Sequence record: SRR20825006_749
Direction: 5' to 3' (one strand)
DNA: 53,929 nt
Part shown: one piece after another, positions 21,460 to 32,263 of the stretch
How positions within the stretch are numbered: position 1 is the stretch's first letter
Layout: each line of letters begins with the position of its first letter
The notes under the pieces: generated by a model
Told to the model about the DNA's origin: nothing
Seen by the model: only the letters and a program-made list of their open reading frames with translations
Databases searched by the model: none
Program-made: the position numbers and the translations under genes

Positions 21460-23922
21460 TCAATCAGTCAGTTTTTTACTGCCCTGAGTTCGCGCTTTGT
21501 CTTTTGACTGATAAGTCAGAATCAGCAAGCCGGGCAGAATTGTCAGATTGGCCGTTAATGCCAGCAGCATCGCCAGCGCCGTCATCAGGCCGAAATAGAC
21601 GCTGGGTATGAAGTTGGAAAAGGCCAGCACCGAGAAGCCGATAATAACGGTGATTGAGGTGTAATAAATCGCATTACCTATGCTCTGGTGACTATGACTG
21701 ACCGCTGTTCTGACATTCTGGCTGGCGGCATATTCCTTCCTGAATCGGTGCAGATAATGAATCGCATCATCGACGCCGATGCCGATAATGATGGCGGCAA
21801 TGGTAATAGTCATTACATCCAGCGGTATGCCCATATAGCCCATCAGTCCCAGTGCCGTGGCGGCTGCCAGTACGTTGGGAATCAGCCCCAACACGGCCAG
21901 CGTCAGCGATCGGAGCAGCAGCAGAAACATCACCAGGGTGGCGAGAATCACAAAAAGCAGTGTTGATGTCTGGGAATCAAACAGGTGCTGCAGCATCCCG
22001 TTAAACAACACGGCCATGCCAGTGATCCGGACATTCTCCGGTTCAAACCCCAGCTCATTAACCGCATGATTTTCGATATCAGCAATCAAGCCTTCGATGG
22101 TGTAATCGGGCACGGTTTCATGCAGCCGTAAGCTAATCCGCATCATGCCGCTTTCCGGCGAGGCGTAGGGCTCAATCAAATCATGATAAACACGCTCGGG
22201 CATGGCCTTGAGTGCCGTGACCAATTCGACTGGGCCGAGTGGTTCACCATTGTTGTAGGTCTGAGCAACCTGTTCCAGATTTTCAAGAGAGATGATTTTA
22301 CCGACTGCCTCTTTACTCTCAAGATAATCGTGCATCTCACGCAGATATTGAATCTTGTTGGGGGTGAACCAGTAGAGTCTGGCGTTGCTGTCCTCAGCTC
22401 CCGTGCTGAAAAAACTGCTCTCTTCCTGCTCGGCTTCCTTATAGGGCGGGAATTTCAGAATGATATCCATCGGCATAGTACCGCCCAGGTTTTTATCGAT
22501 AAACTCCAGTCCTTTGTGAATTTCGGTGTGGTCACGGAAATACTCGACAAAGCGGTTATCCATGCTGAGCCGACCAATGCCCAGCGCAGAAACCACAAAG
22601 GTAATCAACATCAGGGCCAGAATGAGCCGGGTATGATTAACTGCCAGGCCGCTGAGCATTTGCGTAATCCGCGGTTCGTCATGAAGACTGGCACGATCTC
22701 CGCCTCTGGGCAGTTGCAGAAGGATCCCGGCAAACAAGGCATAAGTGACCAGAAAAGAAATCAGAATGCCGATGCTCATGATCCAGCCGAAATCCATCAC
22801 CGGCACGATATCGCTGGTCACCAGAGAGCCGAAAGCGACCATGGTGGTCAGTGCCATATAGACACACGGGGCCAGCTTATCCTTCATCGTCTCCAGCACC
22901 AGATCCTGATGCGGCATGTCGGCGTTTTTTGCCCCCAGCTCGCGGTAACGGACAATCAAATGAATCGCGAAGGAAATGCTGAAGATGGTCAGCAGGGAAA
23001 TATAGTTCGATGAAACCACGGTGGTGGGCTGCTGTAAAAACCCCAGGATGCCGGTGGTCAGGAGAATAGTGACGCCTGTACTCGCTAATGGAAACAGCAC
23101 CCAGCGCAGTTGTCTGAAAAGCCAGAACAACATGGCCGAAATAATGGCAATCACAATCGCACCGAAAATCACGACATCCTGTTTGACGTAACTGATCATG
23201 TCGGCAGCTATCATCGGGATGCCACCCAGGTAGGCCACCACGTTATCACTCAGATCATCGCGAACGGCACGGATATCGGCGATTAACTGTTCCCTGTCCT
23301 GCAGATGCTGGCTGTAGATCTGTTGATAACGCGTTTCGACTGATGCCAGCTGTTCCCGTTGCTGTGCTGTCGGTTGTTCAATAGCGCGTAACTGGCGGCG
23401 TTCCTGTCTTAATTCGGCGAGTTGCTGATTTTGCTTTAACTGAATACGTATGGCGGTAGTTTGGCCGTCCTCAGAGATAAGCAGGTTGCGAAACAGCGGG
23501 CTTTGAGTCAGTTCCTGTCGCGCCAAGCCCAGATCAACATCGTCCGACAGCAAAGTGCGGTATCCGGTTGCAAGCTCAGATACCGGCACCGGCGGACTTT
23601 GCAGCAACGGTGCTTCAAGCAGCGAATCCACCGAGCTGACACCTTTCAGCTGTTCCAACTCCGCTACCAGCTGTTGCAGCTTTTCAATACTCGCCGGGCT
23701 GATCAGCGGCCGTGCGGTCGGCTTATAGGTCAGTACCAGAAAGCCCTCCCCACCAAATTGTTCGCTCACATCGCGGTAATAGGCGAGATCCGGGTCACCT
23801 TCGGCGACCAGTGTGTCTTCCGACGCATCAAAGCGGAAGTCCTTGATGTAATAGCCGGCAACAAGACACAGGCCAACTATCAGAAAAATCAGGTAGCGCG
23901 AATAATTGAAGCTTTTTTTCAT
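21460..23922 (-). CDS. MMPL/RND-family lipid transporter
   Basis: Two repeats of TM plus large periplasmic loop plus five TM helices; FDASEDTL, IHLIVRYRE and GIGVDDAIHYLHRF. Confidence 0.88.
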   Translation of the reverse strand: MKKSFNYSRYLIFLIVGLCLVAGYYIKDFRFDASEDTLVAEGDPDLAYYRDVSEQFGGEGFLVLTYKPTARPLISPASIEKLQQLVAELEQLKGVSSVDSLLEAPLLQSPPVPVSELATGYRTLLSDDVDLGLARQELTQSPLFRNLLISEDGQTTAIRIQLKQNQQLAELRQERRQLRAIEQPTAQQREQLASVETRYQQIYSQHLQDREQLIADIRAVRDDLSDNVVAYLGGIPMIAADMISYVKQDVVIFGAIVIAIISAMLFWLFRQLRWVLFPLASTGVTILLTTGILGFLQQPTTVVSSNYISLLTIFSISFAIHLIVRYRELGAKNADMPHQDLVLETMKDKLAPCVYMALTTMVAFGSLVTSDIVPVMDFGWIMSIGILISFLVTYALFAGILLQLPRGGDRASLHDEPRITQMLSGLAVNHTRLILALMLITFVVSALGIGRLSMDNRFVEYFRDHTEIHKGLEFIDKNLGGTMPMDIILKFPPYKEAEQEESSFFSTGAEDSNARLYWFTPNKIQYLREMHDYLESKEAVGKIISLENLEQVAQTYNNGEPLGPVELVTALKAMPERVYHDLIEPYASPESGMMRISLRLHETVPDYTIEGLIADIENHAVNELGFEPENVRITGMAVLFNGMLQHLFDSQTSTLLFVILATLVMFLLLLRSLTLAVLGLIPNVLAAATALGLMGYMGIPLDVMTITIAAIIIGIGVDDAIHYLHRFRKEYAASQNVRTAVSHSHQSIGNAIYYTSITVIIGFSVLAFSNFIPSVYFGLMTALAMLLALTANLTILPGLLILTYQSKDKARTQGSKKLTD

Positions 23923-24066
23923 GCCGTATATTCAGTTTGAAGTTACAGAGCCAAGCTCCACTGTGCCCAATCCGCCACAGACAGTAAAGGTCTGAGGAAA
24001 TGGAACCATAGCGTCCCTCTTGTAGCCGTAATTGCTGAGCTCAGTTAACAAGAAAAGGAGACGGAT

Positions 24067-25044
24067 ATGGGCCTGCTTATCGAGGGGGAATGGTTTGACC
24101 GCTGGTATGACACTGCCGCCAACAAGGGCCGGTTTAAACGCGATGAATCCAAATTCCGCCACTGGGTCACCGATAATGGCCGGCCCGGTCCGAGTGGTGC
24201 CGGTGGCTTTCAGGCTGAACCGGACCGTTATCATTTATATGTCTCTCTGGCTTGTCCCTGGGCGCATAGAACGCTGATATTCCGTAAACTTAAAGGACTG
24301 GAATCGATGATTTCACTGTCCGTTGTGAACCCTTATATGGGGCAAAATGGCTGGACGTTTGCAGCCGGTGACGGTGTGATTGCTGATCCGGTTTATGATG
24401 CGCATTATCTGCATCAGATATATACCGCAACAGCACCAGACTTTACCGGTCGGGTTACCGTGCCGGTGCTGTGGGATAAAAAGCATAACCAGATCGTCAA
24501 TAATGAATCCGCTGAGATCATTCGGATGTTCAACTCGGCTTTTGATGATCTGGGCGCCAAAGACGGTGACTTTTATCCGGAGCCGTTGCGCCCAGCTATC
24601 GATGACATCAATGCCTTTGTCTATGACCGAATCAATAACGGTGTCTACAAAGCCGGCTTCGCCACCACCCAGGAAGCCTACGAAGAGGCCGTGTTACCGT
24701 TATTTGAAGCGTTGGATGAAATTGATAAGCGTCTGTCACAGCAGCGATACCTGGCCGGCAAACAGATCACTGAAGCCGACTGGCGCTTGTTTACTACCCT
24801 GCTTCGTTTTGATGCCGTCTATTACGGCCACTTCAAATGCAACTTGAAACGTATTGCAGATTACCCTCACCTGTCAGGCTACCTGCGTGAGCTGTACAAG
24901 TGGCCTGGTGTCGCCGATACCGTGAGCATGAGACATATCAAGGAACATTATTACCGCAGTCATCCCACCATCAATCCGACCGGTATTGTGCCGGTTGGAC
25001 CGGTTCAGGACTTAAAGCAGGCCCATGGCCGTGAACAGTTCTGA
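24067..25044 (+). CDS. yqjG: Glutathionyl-hydroquinone reductase (omega/Xi-class GST)
   Basis: YVSLACPWAHR, RVTVPVLWD, NNESAEI, NNGVYKAGFA and HFKCN. Confidence 0.93.
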   Translation: MGLLIEGEWFDRWYDTAANKGRFKRDESKFRHWVTDNGRPGPSGAGGFQAEPDRYHLYVSLACPWAHRTLIFRKLKGLESMISLSVVNPYMGQNGWTFAAGDGVIADPVYDAHYLHQIYTATAPDFTGRVTVPVLWDKKHNQIVNNESAEIIRMFNSAFDDLGAKDGDFYPEPLRPAIDDINAFVYDRINNGVYKAGFATTQEAYEEAVLPLFEALDEIDKRLSQQRYLAGKQITEADWRLFTTLLRFDAVYYGHFKCNLKRIADYPHLSGYLRELYKWPGVADTVSMRHIKEHYYRSHPTINPTGIVPVGPVQDLKQAHGREQF

Positions 25045-25286
25045 TGCCAGCTGGTACCGTCGCGAATTACCAGCCAGCTCAAGGTTTGCGTTTATATGCT
25101 GTGAACAGACTCAAGCCGTGACCCAGTACAATCACTTAATCTATTAGCACGGATTATTGGAGAATCAGTCAATAAGCCGGTAGTTTCAGGCAAGTCACTG
25201 AGAGCCAGTAACTTTAGAATGAAAAGCAGACCCATTATCCTTTCATGCATGTAATAGCTGTGAGTATCAGACCATGAGTAGAGTCC

Positions 25287-26225
25287 ATGCAGACAAGCGT
25301 TAACCACTCCCCTCGAACTGCGGATAGCGATGACAGTGCCGCAGCCCGGGCGGCATTGGCAAAGCTTATCAGCCGCTATGCGCCACATGATGGTTTATTC
25401 GACCTGCCATTGCCCGGTGTGCATCTGCTGAGAACCTCGACCAAAGAAACCAATCCTAGCCGCGCTGTCACCAAGCCCGGCATGTGCATTATCGCGCAGG
25501 GTGCAAAGCGGGTTTTGATTGGCCAGGATGTTTATGATTACGATAATTCGCGCATGGCAGTCTACTCCACTGAGGTACCGGTCTCTGCGAAAATAGTCAG
25601 AGCGAGTGAAGCCGAGCCTTATCTGTGCCTGATTGTCGATATCGAATCACAAAAGCTGGCTGAACTCACCATGAAAGCTTTCCCCAATGGCGTTCCACGG
25701 GTGCAGCATCCGAGAGCCTTATTTATCGGCAAAGCGAATCCAAAAATCGTCGAAGCCGGTAGCCGACTCCTTGAACTGCTGGCTCAGCCGGAAGATGCCG
25801 CCTTTCTGCAGCCATTAATCATTGATGAAATCTTTATCCGCCTGCTGCGCAGTGATATCGGCACACTAGTGGCCCAGATTGCCTCCAGCGACTCCAGTTT
25901 GCAGCGAATCTCCAAAGCAATCAGCTGGATACGCGAACACTTCAAAGAACCCATGAAAGTGGAAGAACTGGCTGCCCTGAGCAATATGAGCGTGTCAGCT
26001 TTTCATGCCCACTTTAAAACGGTTACCCGCATGACCCCGTTACAGTTTCAGAAAGAGCTGCGTTTGCATGAAGCCAAACAAATGATGCTGACCCAAATGA
26101 TGGATGTCAGCACTGCCTGTATGTATGTGGGCTACTCCAGTGTGTCTCAGTTCAGTCGTGAGTACAGTCGTTTATTCGGTGTACCACCCAGCAAAGATGC
26201 CCGTTCACAGCTGACAGCCAGCTAA
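25287..26225 (+). CDS. AraC-family regulator (YqhC-like)
   Basis: CIIAQGAKRV N-terminal domain; C-terminal TPLQFQKELRL and VGYSSVSQFSREYSRLFG. Confidence 0.92.
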   Translation: MQTSVNHSPRTADSDDSAAARAALAKLISRYAPHDGLFDLPLPGVHLLRTSTKETNPSRAVTKPGMCIIAQGAKRVLIGQDVYDYDNSRMAVYSTEVPVSAKIVRASEAEPYLCLIVDIESQKLAELTMKAFPNGVPRVQHPRALFIGKANPKIVEAGSRLLELLAQPEDAAFLQPLIIDEIFIRLLRSDIGTLVAQIASSDSSLQRISKAISWIREHFKEPMKVEELAALSNMSVSAFHAHFKTVTRMTPLQFQKELRLHEAKQMMLTQMMDVSTACMYVGYSSVSQFSREYSRLFGVPPSKDARSQLTAS

Positions 26226-26272
26226 ACCGATAATAAAAACCGCATGCGTTTTCTAAATTTAAGGGATTGTGT

Positions 26273-26743
26273 ATGAAAATCACTATTAACGAACAAGTTC
26301 ACCAGGTCGATGTACCTGACGACATGCCCATCTTATGGGCACTGCGTGATGTTTTAGGCATGACCGGCACCAAGTTCGGTTGCGGTCAGTCACTGTGCGG
26401 CGCCTGCACGGTGATGCTCGACGGCCAGCCCATCCGCTCCTGTGTGACCCCGGTCAAACAGGCCGAAAACAAAAAACTGACCACGATTGAAGCAATTTCT
26501 GAACAACCCGCGGGTCGCGCAATTCAGGCTGCCTGGATGGAAAAGAACGTACCCCAGTGTGGTTACTGTCAGTCAGGTCAGATAGTTTCTGCCACCGCGC
26601 TGCTCAACACCAACCCCAAACCCAGTGATGAGGATATCAACAACGCCATGAGCGGCAATATCTGTCGCTGCGGTACCTACACGCGGATTCGTGATGCCAT
26701 CAAACAGGCAGCCAACAAACTGGAGGCCGGTCATGAAGGATAA
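26273..26743 (+). CDS. iorA: [2Fe-2S] subunit of an IorA-type molybdoenzyme
   Basis: GTKFGCGQSLCGAC, QCGYCQSGQ and NICRCGTY. Confidence 0.9.
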   Translation: MKITINEQVHQVDVPDDMPILWALRDVLGMTGTKFGCGQSLCGACTVMLDGQPIRSCVTPVKQAENKKLTTIEAISEQPAGRAIQAAWMEKNVPQCGYCQSGQIVSATALLNTNPKPSDEDINNAMSGNICRCGTYTRIRDAIKQAANKLEAGHEG

Positions 26744-29018
26744 TATCGTCAACATCAGCCGCCGCAGTTTTGTCAAAGGTTTTGCGCTGAGTGGTCTGGT
26801 ACTGGCCGTCGGTCTGCCTGGGCTGTCCGCCGAAGAAGAAAAACCCAAATATGGCCGTGACGCCATGCCTAACGGCTGGGTTGATAACCCACTGGTGTTT
26901 GTGTCTATTGCTGAGGACGGCACTGTCACCATTGTTGCCCACCGTGCAGAAATGGGTCAGGGGGTACGAACCAGCCTGCCTATGGTGGTGGCCGATGAAA
27001 TGGAAGCCGATTGGGAACGGGTCAAGGTCGTCCAGGCGCCGGGTAATGAGCAAAAATATGGCAACCAGAACACCGATGGTTCTCGCAGTGTTCGCCACTT
27101 CTTTATGCCGATGCGCAATGTGGGCTCGGCCGCCCGCATGATGCTGGAGACCGCAGCGGCGGCGATGATGGCAGTACCGGTCTCAGAAGTGAAAGCGCTG
27201 AATCATGAAGTGATTCACCAGCCTTCAGGCCGCAAAATGGGCTATGGAGAACTGGCTCAGGCAGCTGCACAATTAGACGTGCCAGAACGCTCGAGTCTGG
27301 AATACAAATCAGCTGAAGATTTTCGCTACATCGGCAAAAACAGCAGTAAGAATATCGACGGTCACGCCATCGCCACCGGCCAAGCCGAATATGGCATGGA
27401 TGTTCGCCTCGATGACATGGTCTATGCCGTCGTTGCTCATCCGCCCGCTTATGGCGACACGCTAAAATCCTTTGATGATAGTGAGGCATTGAAAGTCCCA
27501 GGCGTGATTAAAACGCTGACTCTGCCCTCTTCTCCGCCGCCTGCGGTATTTAACCCGTTGGGCGGGGTGGTCGTGGTTGCCGAGAATACCTGGGCAGCGA
27601 TGGAAGGCCGTAAAAAACTCAAAATCGAGTGGAGCAAAGGCCCGAACAGCGACTATGACTCAAAAGCTTTTCGTCAAATGCTGGAACAGTCAGCCAAACA
27701 AAAAGGTGGCAAAGTCCTGAGACAGCTCGGTGATGCTTACAAGACACTGGAAAATGCTGAATCGACCCTCAGTGCCGGCTACTACATTCCGCACCTGGCA
27801 CAGGCACCGATGGAGCCGCCTGTAGCGACAGCACATTTTCAGGGCGATTCGTGTGAGCTTTGGGCCTCGACACAAAATCCCCAGGCCAGCGTCGATACGG
27901 TGGCCAAGTGGCTGGAACTCAAACCAGAGCAAGTCACCGTGAATGTCACTTTGCTTGGCGGCGGTTTCGGACGTAAATCCAAGCCCGACTATCTGGTTGA
28001 GGCCGCCCTGACCTCCAAAGCAATGAATGGCAAACCGGTCAAACTGGTATGGACACGTGAAGACGATATCCAGCATGCCTACTATCACACGGTGTCTTAC
28101 GAGCACCTGGAAGCCGCATTTGATGAGAACGGTAAAACCCAGGCCTGGTTGCATCGTACCGTCGCGCCTTCGATCTCATCGACATTTGATGCCAGCTCTG
28201 TGCATCAGATGCCGATCGAAATCGGCATGGGCGTAGTGAATATCCCTTATGCCATTCCCAATATTCAGCTGGAAAACCCGGCTGCTAAAAACCATACCCG
28301 AATTGGCTGGTTCCGCTCTGTGTCCAATCTGCCTCATGCCTTTGCGGTGCAGTCATTTATTGCAGAAATGGCGCACCAACAACAACGTGATCACAAGCAA
28401 CTGCTGCTGGAACTGATTGGTGATGATCGTCAGATTGACCCGCGCACCTTACAGGATGACTGGAATTACGGTCAGTCACCGGAGATTTACCCCATCGATA
28501 CCGGACGCCTGCGCCGGGTTGTTGAGCTTGTTACAGACAAAGCCAGCTGGGGCAAGTCATTACCGTCAGGTAAAGGTCAGGGTCTGGCTGCCCACTACAG
28601 CTTTGTCTCCTATGTCGCAGCCGTGGTCGAGGTTGAGGTCAGTGATGACGGTGAAGTCACGATACCCCAGGTCGATATTGCTATCGACTGCGGGCCGCAG
28701 GTGAATCCTGAGCGTATCCGTTCACAGCTGGAAGGTGCCTGTGTGATGGGGATCAGCTTTGCCATGCTGGGAGAAATCAGCTTCAAGGACGGTGTGGCAG
28801 AACAGGATAACTTTGATGGTTACCAGGTCACCCGAATGGATGGCGCACCGGGCAGAATCAATGTCCACTTTGTACCAGCCAAAGATTACAACCAGCCGCT
28901 CGGCGGTGTCGGTGAACCCGGCATGCCACCAATTGCGCCTGCCTTGTGTAATGCCATTTTCAACGCGACCAAGAAGCGCATCCGTAACCTGCCGATCCGT
29001 TATCAACTGGAGGCCTAG
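26733..29018 (+). CDS. iorB: Molybdopterin-binding subunit, IorB/aldehyde oxidoreductase type, with Tat signal
   Basis: SRRSFVK Tat motif, EMGQG, GGGFGRK and GGVGEPG; ATG at 26733 after GGAGG. Confidence 0.9.
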   Translation: MKDNIVNISRRSFVKGFALSGLVLAVGLPGLSAEEEKPKYGRDAMPNGWVDNPLVFVSIAEDGTVTIVAHRAEMGQGVRTSLPMVVADEMEADWERVKVVQAPGNEQKYGNQNTDGSRSVRHFFMPMRNVGSAARMMLETAAAAMMAVPVSEVKALNHEVIHQPSGRKMGYGELAQAAAQLDVPERSSLEYKSAEDFRYIGKNSSKNIDGHAIATGQAEYGMDVRLDDMVYAVVAHPPAYGDTLKSFDDSEALKVPGVIKTLTLPSSPPPAVFNPLGGVVVVAENTWAAMEGRKKLKIEWSKGPNSDYDSKAFRQMLEQSAKQKGGKVLRQLGDAYKTLENAESTLSAGYYIPHLAQAPMEPPVATAHFQGDSCELWASTQNPQASVDTVAKWLELKPEQVTVNVTLLGGGFGRKSKPDYLVEAALTSKAMNGKPVKLVWTREDDIQHAYYHTVSYEHLEAAFDENGKTQAWLHRTVAPSISSTFDASSVHQMPIEIGMGVVNIPYAIPNIQLENPAAKNHTRIGWFRSVSNLPHAFAVQSFIAEMAHQQQRDHKQLLLELIGDDRQIDPRTLQDDWNYGQSPEIYPIDTGRLRRVVELVTDKASWGKSLPSGKGQGLAAHYSFVSYVAAVVEVEVSDDGEVTIPQVDIAIDCGPQVNPERIRSQLEGACVMGISFAMLGEISFKDGVAEQDNFDGYQVTRMDGAPGRINVHFVPAKDYNQPLGGVGEPGMPPIAPALCNAIFNATKKRIRNLPIRYQLEA

Positions 29019-30005
29019 ATGCAAAGCACTGATATCACAGTTCTGCGGCAGGTACTAAGCTGGCACGAAGCCGGTCAGGTTGTCTGGCTGAGCACGGTGA
29101 TAAAAACCTATGGCTCCAGCCCCAGACAACCCGGTGCGATGTGCGCCATTCGACAGGATGGCGCCCTTATCGGCTCAGTTTCGGGTGGCTGCATAGAGGA
29201 AGATCTCAAAGACAAGGTCCTGTCGGGAGAACTGGCCAGAACAAAACTAAGGCTGTTGACTTATGGTGAATCGGTTGAGGAACGTGACCGGTTTCGTCTC
29301 CCCTGCGGCGGCACTTTGCGCCTTTCTTTGGAGAAAGTGACGGATATCAACTGGGTGAAACAAGTGCTGGAAAAGATTGAACAGCGCCGGACTATTCAGC
29401 GCCGGCTTGATATCGTTCAGACACAAAGCTTTAATCAGCCGGCAGACAGTGAACATCTGGTTCAGGAAAGTGCTACAGAGCTGACTTTCAGCTATGGTCC
29501 ACGTGCCCGCCTGTTGTTGATTGGCGCCGGTGAAACTTCCAGTTATTTAGCCAAAATGGCCTCGGCACTGGATTACCAGGTGCTGGTGGCAGAGCCGCGT
29601 GAGGAAATGCAGTTGACCTGGCAGACTGAAGACGGTGAGTTGCTGGCGATGATGCCGGATGATGCCGTGGTTCAGGTTGGGCCGGATAACCATACCGCGA
29701 TTATCACACTGACACACGATCCCAAGCTCGATGATATGGCGCTTTTAGAAGCATTAAAATCCGACGCTTTTTATATCGGCGCATTGGGTTCAAGCCGCAC
29801 CAATGCCAAACGCCGGGAGAGACTAGCAATGTTTGATCTGACTGCAGAACAGATTGCCCGTTTGCATGGTCCGGTCGGGCTCGATATCGGCAGTAAAACG
29901 CCGGCTGAAATTGCCGTTTCGATCCTGGCAGAACTGGTTCAGCTCAGACGAAGCAAACAGCCGTCAGTCCAACAAGCGACTATCCGTGCAGTCAGTAACG
30001 GCTAA
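29019..30005 (+). CDS. xdhC: XdhC/CoxI-family Moco insertion chaperone
   Basis: GSSPRQPG, GSVSGGCIE, LPCGG, THDPKLDD and GPVGLDIG. Confidence 0.92.
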   Translation: MQSTDITVLRQVLSWHEAGQVVWLSTVIKTYGSSPRQPGAMCAIRQDGALIGSVSGGCIEEDLKDKVLSGELARTKLRLLTYGESVEERDRFRLPCGGTLRLSLEKVTDINWVKQVLEKIEQRRTIQRRLDIVQTQSFNQPADSEHLVQESATELTFSYGPRARLLLIGAGETSSYLAKMASALDYQVLVAEPREEMQLTWQTEDGELLAMMPDDAVVQVGPDNHTAIITLTHDPKLDDMALLEALKSDAFYIGALGSSRTNAKRRERLAMFDLTAEQIARLHGPVGLDIGSKTPAEIAVSILAELVQLRRSKQPSVQQATIRAVSNG

Positions 30006-30007
30006 GC

Positions 30008-30616
30008 ATGTCAGCTAAAATCATCCGCCCAGTTCTACTGGCCGCCGGACAATCAAGCCGGTTTGGTAGTGACAAACTGTTGCATCCGATTGCCATACAG
30101 GGTGAATGCAAATCCCTTATTTTTCACAGCCTAAGTTTATGGTTGACGATATTTAGTGAAGTCGATGTTGTGATCAGGAAAGACAATTCTGCCTTGCTTG
30201 ACTTGCTGACAAACTGTCAGTTTTCATCCCGCCTGCGACTTATCCCGGCAGAAAACGCCCGGGAGGGAATGAGTGCTTCTTTTGTCGCAGGCATTCAAGC
30301 CAATATTGAAGCAGCTGGCTGGCTGATCGGCCTGGCCGACATGCCTTATATCAACCGCCTTGTAATTTCTGATTCTCTGGCGGCATTAGAAGCAGGTGCT
30401 GGCATTACCCTCCCCGAGTTCAACGGTCGGCGTGGTCACCCGGTCGGCTTTGCTGCAGACTTTCTGCCTCAATTAATGGCATTAAAGGGGGATAAAGGCG
30501 CCAGGGACATTATTCGCTCCTCAGCCAGGCAGATTTGTTTAATATCAGGCATCGATGACGGTATCTTTCGCGATGTTGACACCAGGCAGGATCTGCTGCC
30601 ACAAAGCCGATACTAG
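30008..30616 (+). CDS. mocA: Molybdenum cofactor cytidylyltransferase (MocA-like)
   Basis: LAAGQSSRFGSDKL, LADMP, GHPVGF, GDKGAR and DVDT. Confidence 0.85.
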   Translation: MSAKIIRPVLLAAGQSSRFGSDKLLHPIAIQGECKSLIFHSLSLWLTIFSEVDVVIRKDNSALLDLLTNCQFSSRLRLIPAENAREGMSASFVAGIQANIEAAGWLIGLADMPYINRLVISDSLAALEAGAGITLPEFNGRRGHPVGFAADFLPQLMALKGDKGARDIIRSSARQICLISGIDDGIFRDVDTRQDLLPQSRY

Positions 30617-30631
30617 CGACCGGCCTCGCCT

Positions 30632-32263
30632 CTAGACAATCGGCAGCTTGACCTCGAACAGGCTGCCAGACCCCAGTTTACTCTCTACTGAAATCGAGCC
30701 TCGCATCAGTTCGATAATCTGACGGGAAATGGTCAGACCGATACCGGTGCCTTCTATATTTGAGTTTTCAGCTTGCAGACGTTCGAAGGGCTCAAACAGT
30801 AACTCAAGATGTTCTTCGGCAATGCCTTCACCATTGTCCGCAATCGCTATGGCTGCATGACTATCTTTGATAGTGACGTCAATAGAGACTTTGCCGCCCG
30901 GTCGGTTGTATTTAATGGCGTTGCTGAGCAGGTTAAGCAGCACTTGTTTGAGCCTGCCTTGATCCGCCATCGCTAATATCTGTTCTTGATTGCTGTGATG
31001 AATCTCGATTTGCTTTTCACCCGCAAACTGTGAAATCAAAACCAGGCATTCTTCGATAATTTCATTAAGATTGACTGCTTTGATTTGCAGTGACATTTTG
31101 CCTGATTCAACTTTAGAAAGGTCTAGCAGTTCATTGATTAAATATAATAAATGCTTTCCGGCCTTTAAGATTTCGGCCGCGGATTTCTTATCTCCACGGT
31201 GACCCTCTGGATTGGTATCAATCAGCTGGCTGTACCCCATCACTGCATTCAGCGGTGTTCTGAGTTCATGACTCATATTGGCCAGAAACCGCGACTTGGC
31301 TTTGTTGGCTGCCTCTGCCCTTTCCCGCGCAATACTTAATTCGGCTTCAACCTGTTTGCGCCAACGAATCTCCCGTGACAATTTCCAGCTCCATAGCGCA
31401 AAAATGGCAATCAGACAGGCTGCTGAGCCGGCCACCGTGATTAGCAGCGTGCCGTCTGTTTTATGTTCATAGGTCACAGCAACCCAGTTTCGGGAGATGG
31501 TGTTCTGCTCCTGGGCAGTAATCGAATTCAGACCTTTGCGTAGAATCGAGTGCAGGAGCGGCATATCATCTCTGACTGCCATGTATAAATTGGCTCCATA
31601 AGGCGTATCTGCGGCTATTTTGACATTACCAATGCCCAGGTTCCTGGCGACGTAGTTAATGACCACCAGATTGCCGATATAGGCGTCGACTTTTCCGGTA
31701 TTAAGCGCAGCCAGCGCTTCATCGGCAATATCCACTCTGTATAGTTCTATCCCAGGATGATGCTGTTCAAGCGCTCGGGCAGCCGCACCGTAGCGGAATA
31801 CGGCGACTTTTTTGTTATTCAGATCTTCGATGTCATGAATGTCATTCGTTTCTTCTCTGGCGAAGATAACAAAAGGCATCTCCAGAAATGGCGAATCTAT
31901 GATCGAGTACGGGGATTGCTTAAGTTGTTGCGGTGTAGTGACTGCTGACAGAATGTCTGCATTGTCTCGATGGGGATCTTCCTCTGAGCGAATAAAGCGA
32001 AAACGCACAGGTAGCTTTTGCTCTATCTGTTTCAGATAGTCGACAGAAATCCCTTTGAACTGATGATCTTCGTCCAGAAACTCTACTGGTGCCCAGCCAT
32101 GACTGACGGCAACCGTGATATCCGGATTCTGTTGCAGCCAGGCCTGCTCTGCTTCAGTCAGCGCGATGTTGTTTCTGTTTGAGTTTTCAGTTTCCTGAGC
32201 AGAAAGGCCCGGGATAGCCAAAGAGGATAAGACAGTACAGACAAGCAAAAGGAGCAATTTCAT
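30632..32263 (-). CDS. Orphan sensor histidine kinase with a periplasmic solute-binding domain
   Basis: Signal peptide, SBP family 3-like domain, TM helix, FLANMSHELRTPLN, NLLSNAIKYN and GTGIGL. Confidence 0.92.
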   Translation of the reverse strand: MKLLLLLVCTVLSSLAIPGLSAQETENSNRNNIALTEAEQAWLQQNPDITVAVSHGWAPVEFLDEDHQFKGISVDYLKQIEQKLPVRFRFIRSEEDPHRDNADILSAVTTPQQLKQSPYSIIDSPFLEMPFVIFAREETNDIHDIEDLNNKKVAVFRYGAAARALEQHHPGIELYRVDIADEALAALNTGKVDAYIGNLVVINYVARNLGIGNVKIAADTPYGANLYMAVRDDMPLLHSILRKGLNSITAQEQNTISRNWVAVTYEHKTDGTLLITVAGSAACLIAIFALWSWKLSREIRWRKQVEAELSIARERAEAANKAKSRFLANMSHELRTPLNAVMGYSQLIDTNPEGHRGDKKSAAEILKAGKHLLYLINELLDLSKVESGKMSLQIKAVNLNEIIEECLVLISQFAGEKQIEIHHSNQEQILAMADQGRLKQVLLNLLSNAIKYNRPGGKVSIDVTIKDSHAAIAIADNGEGIAEEHLELLFEPFERLQAENSNIEGTGIGLTISRQIIELMRGSISVESKLGSGSLFEVKLPIV

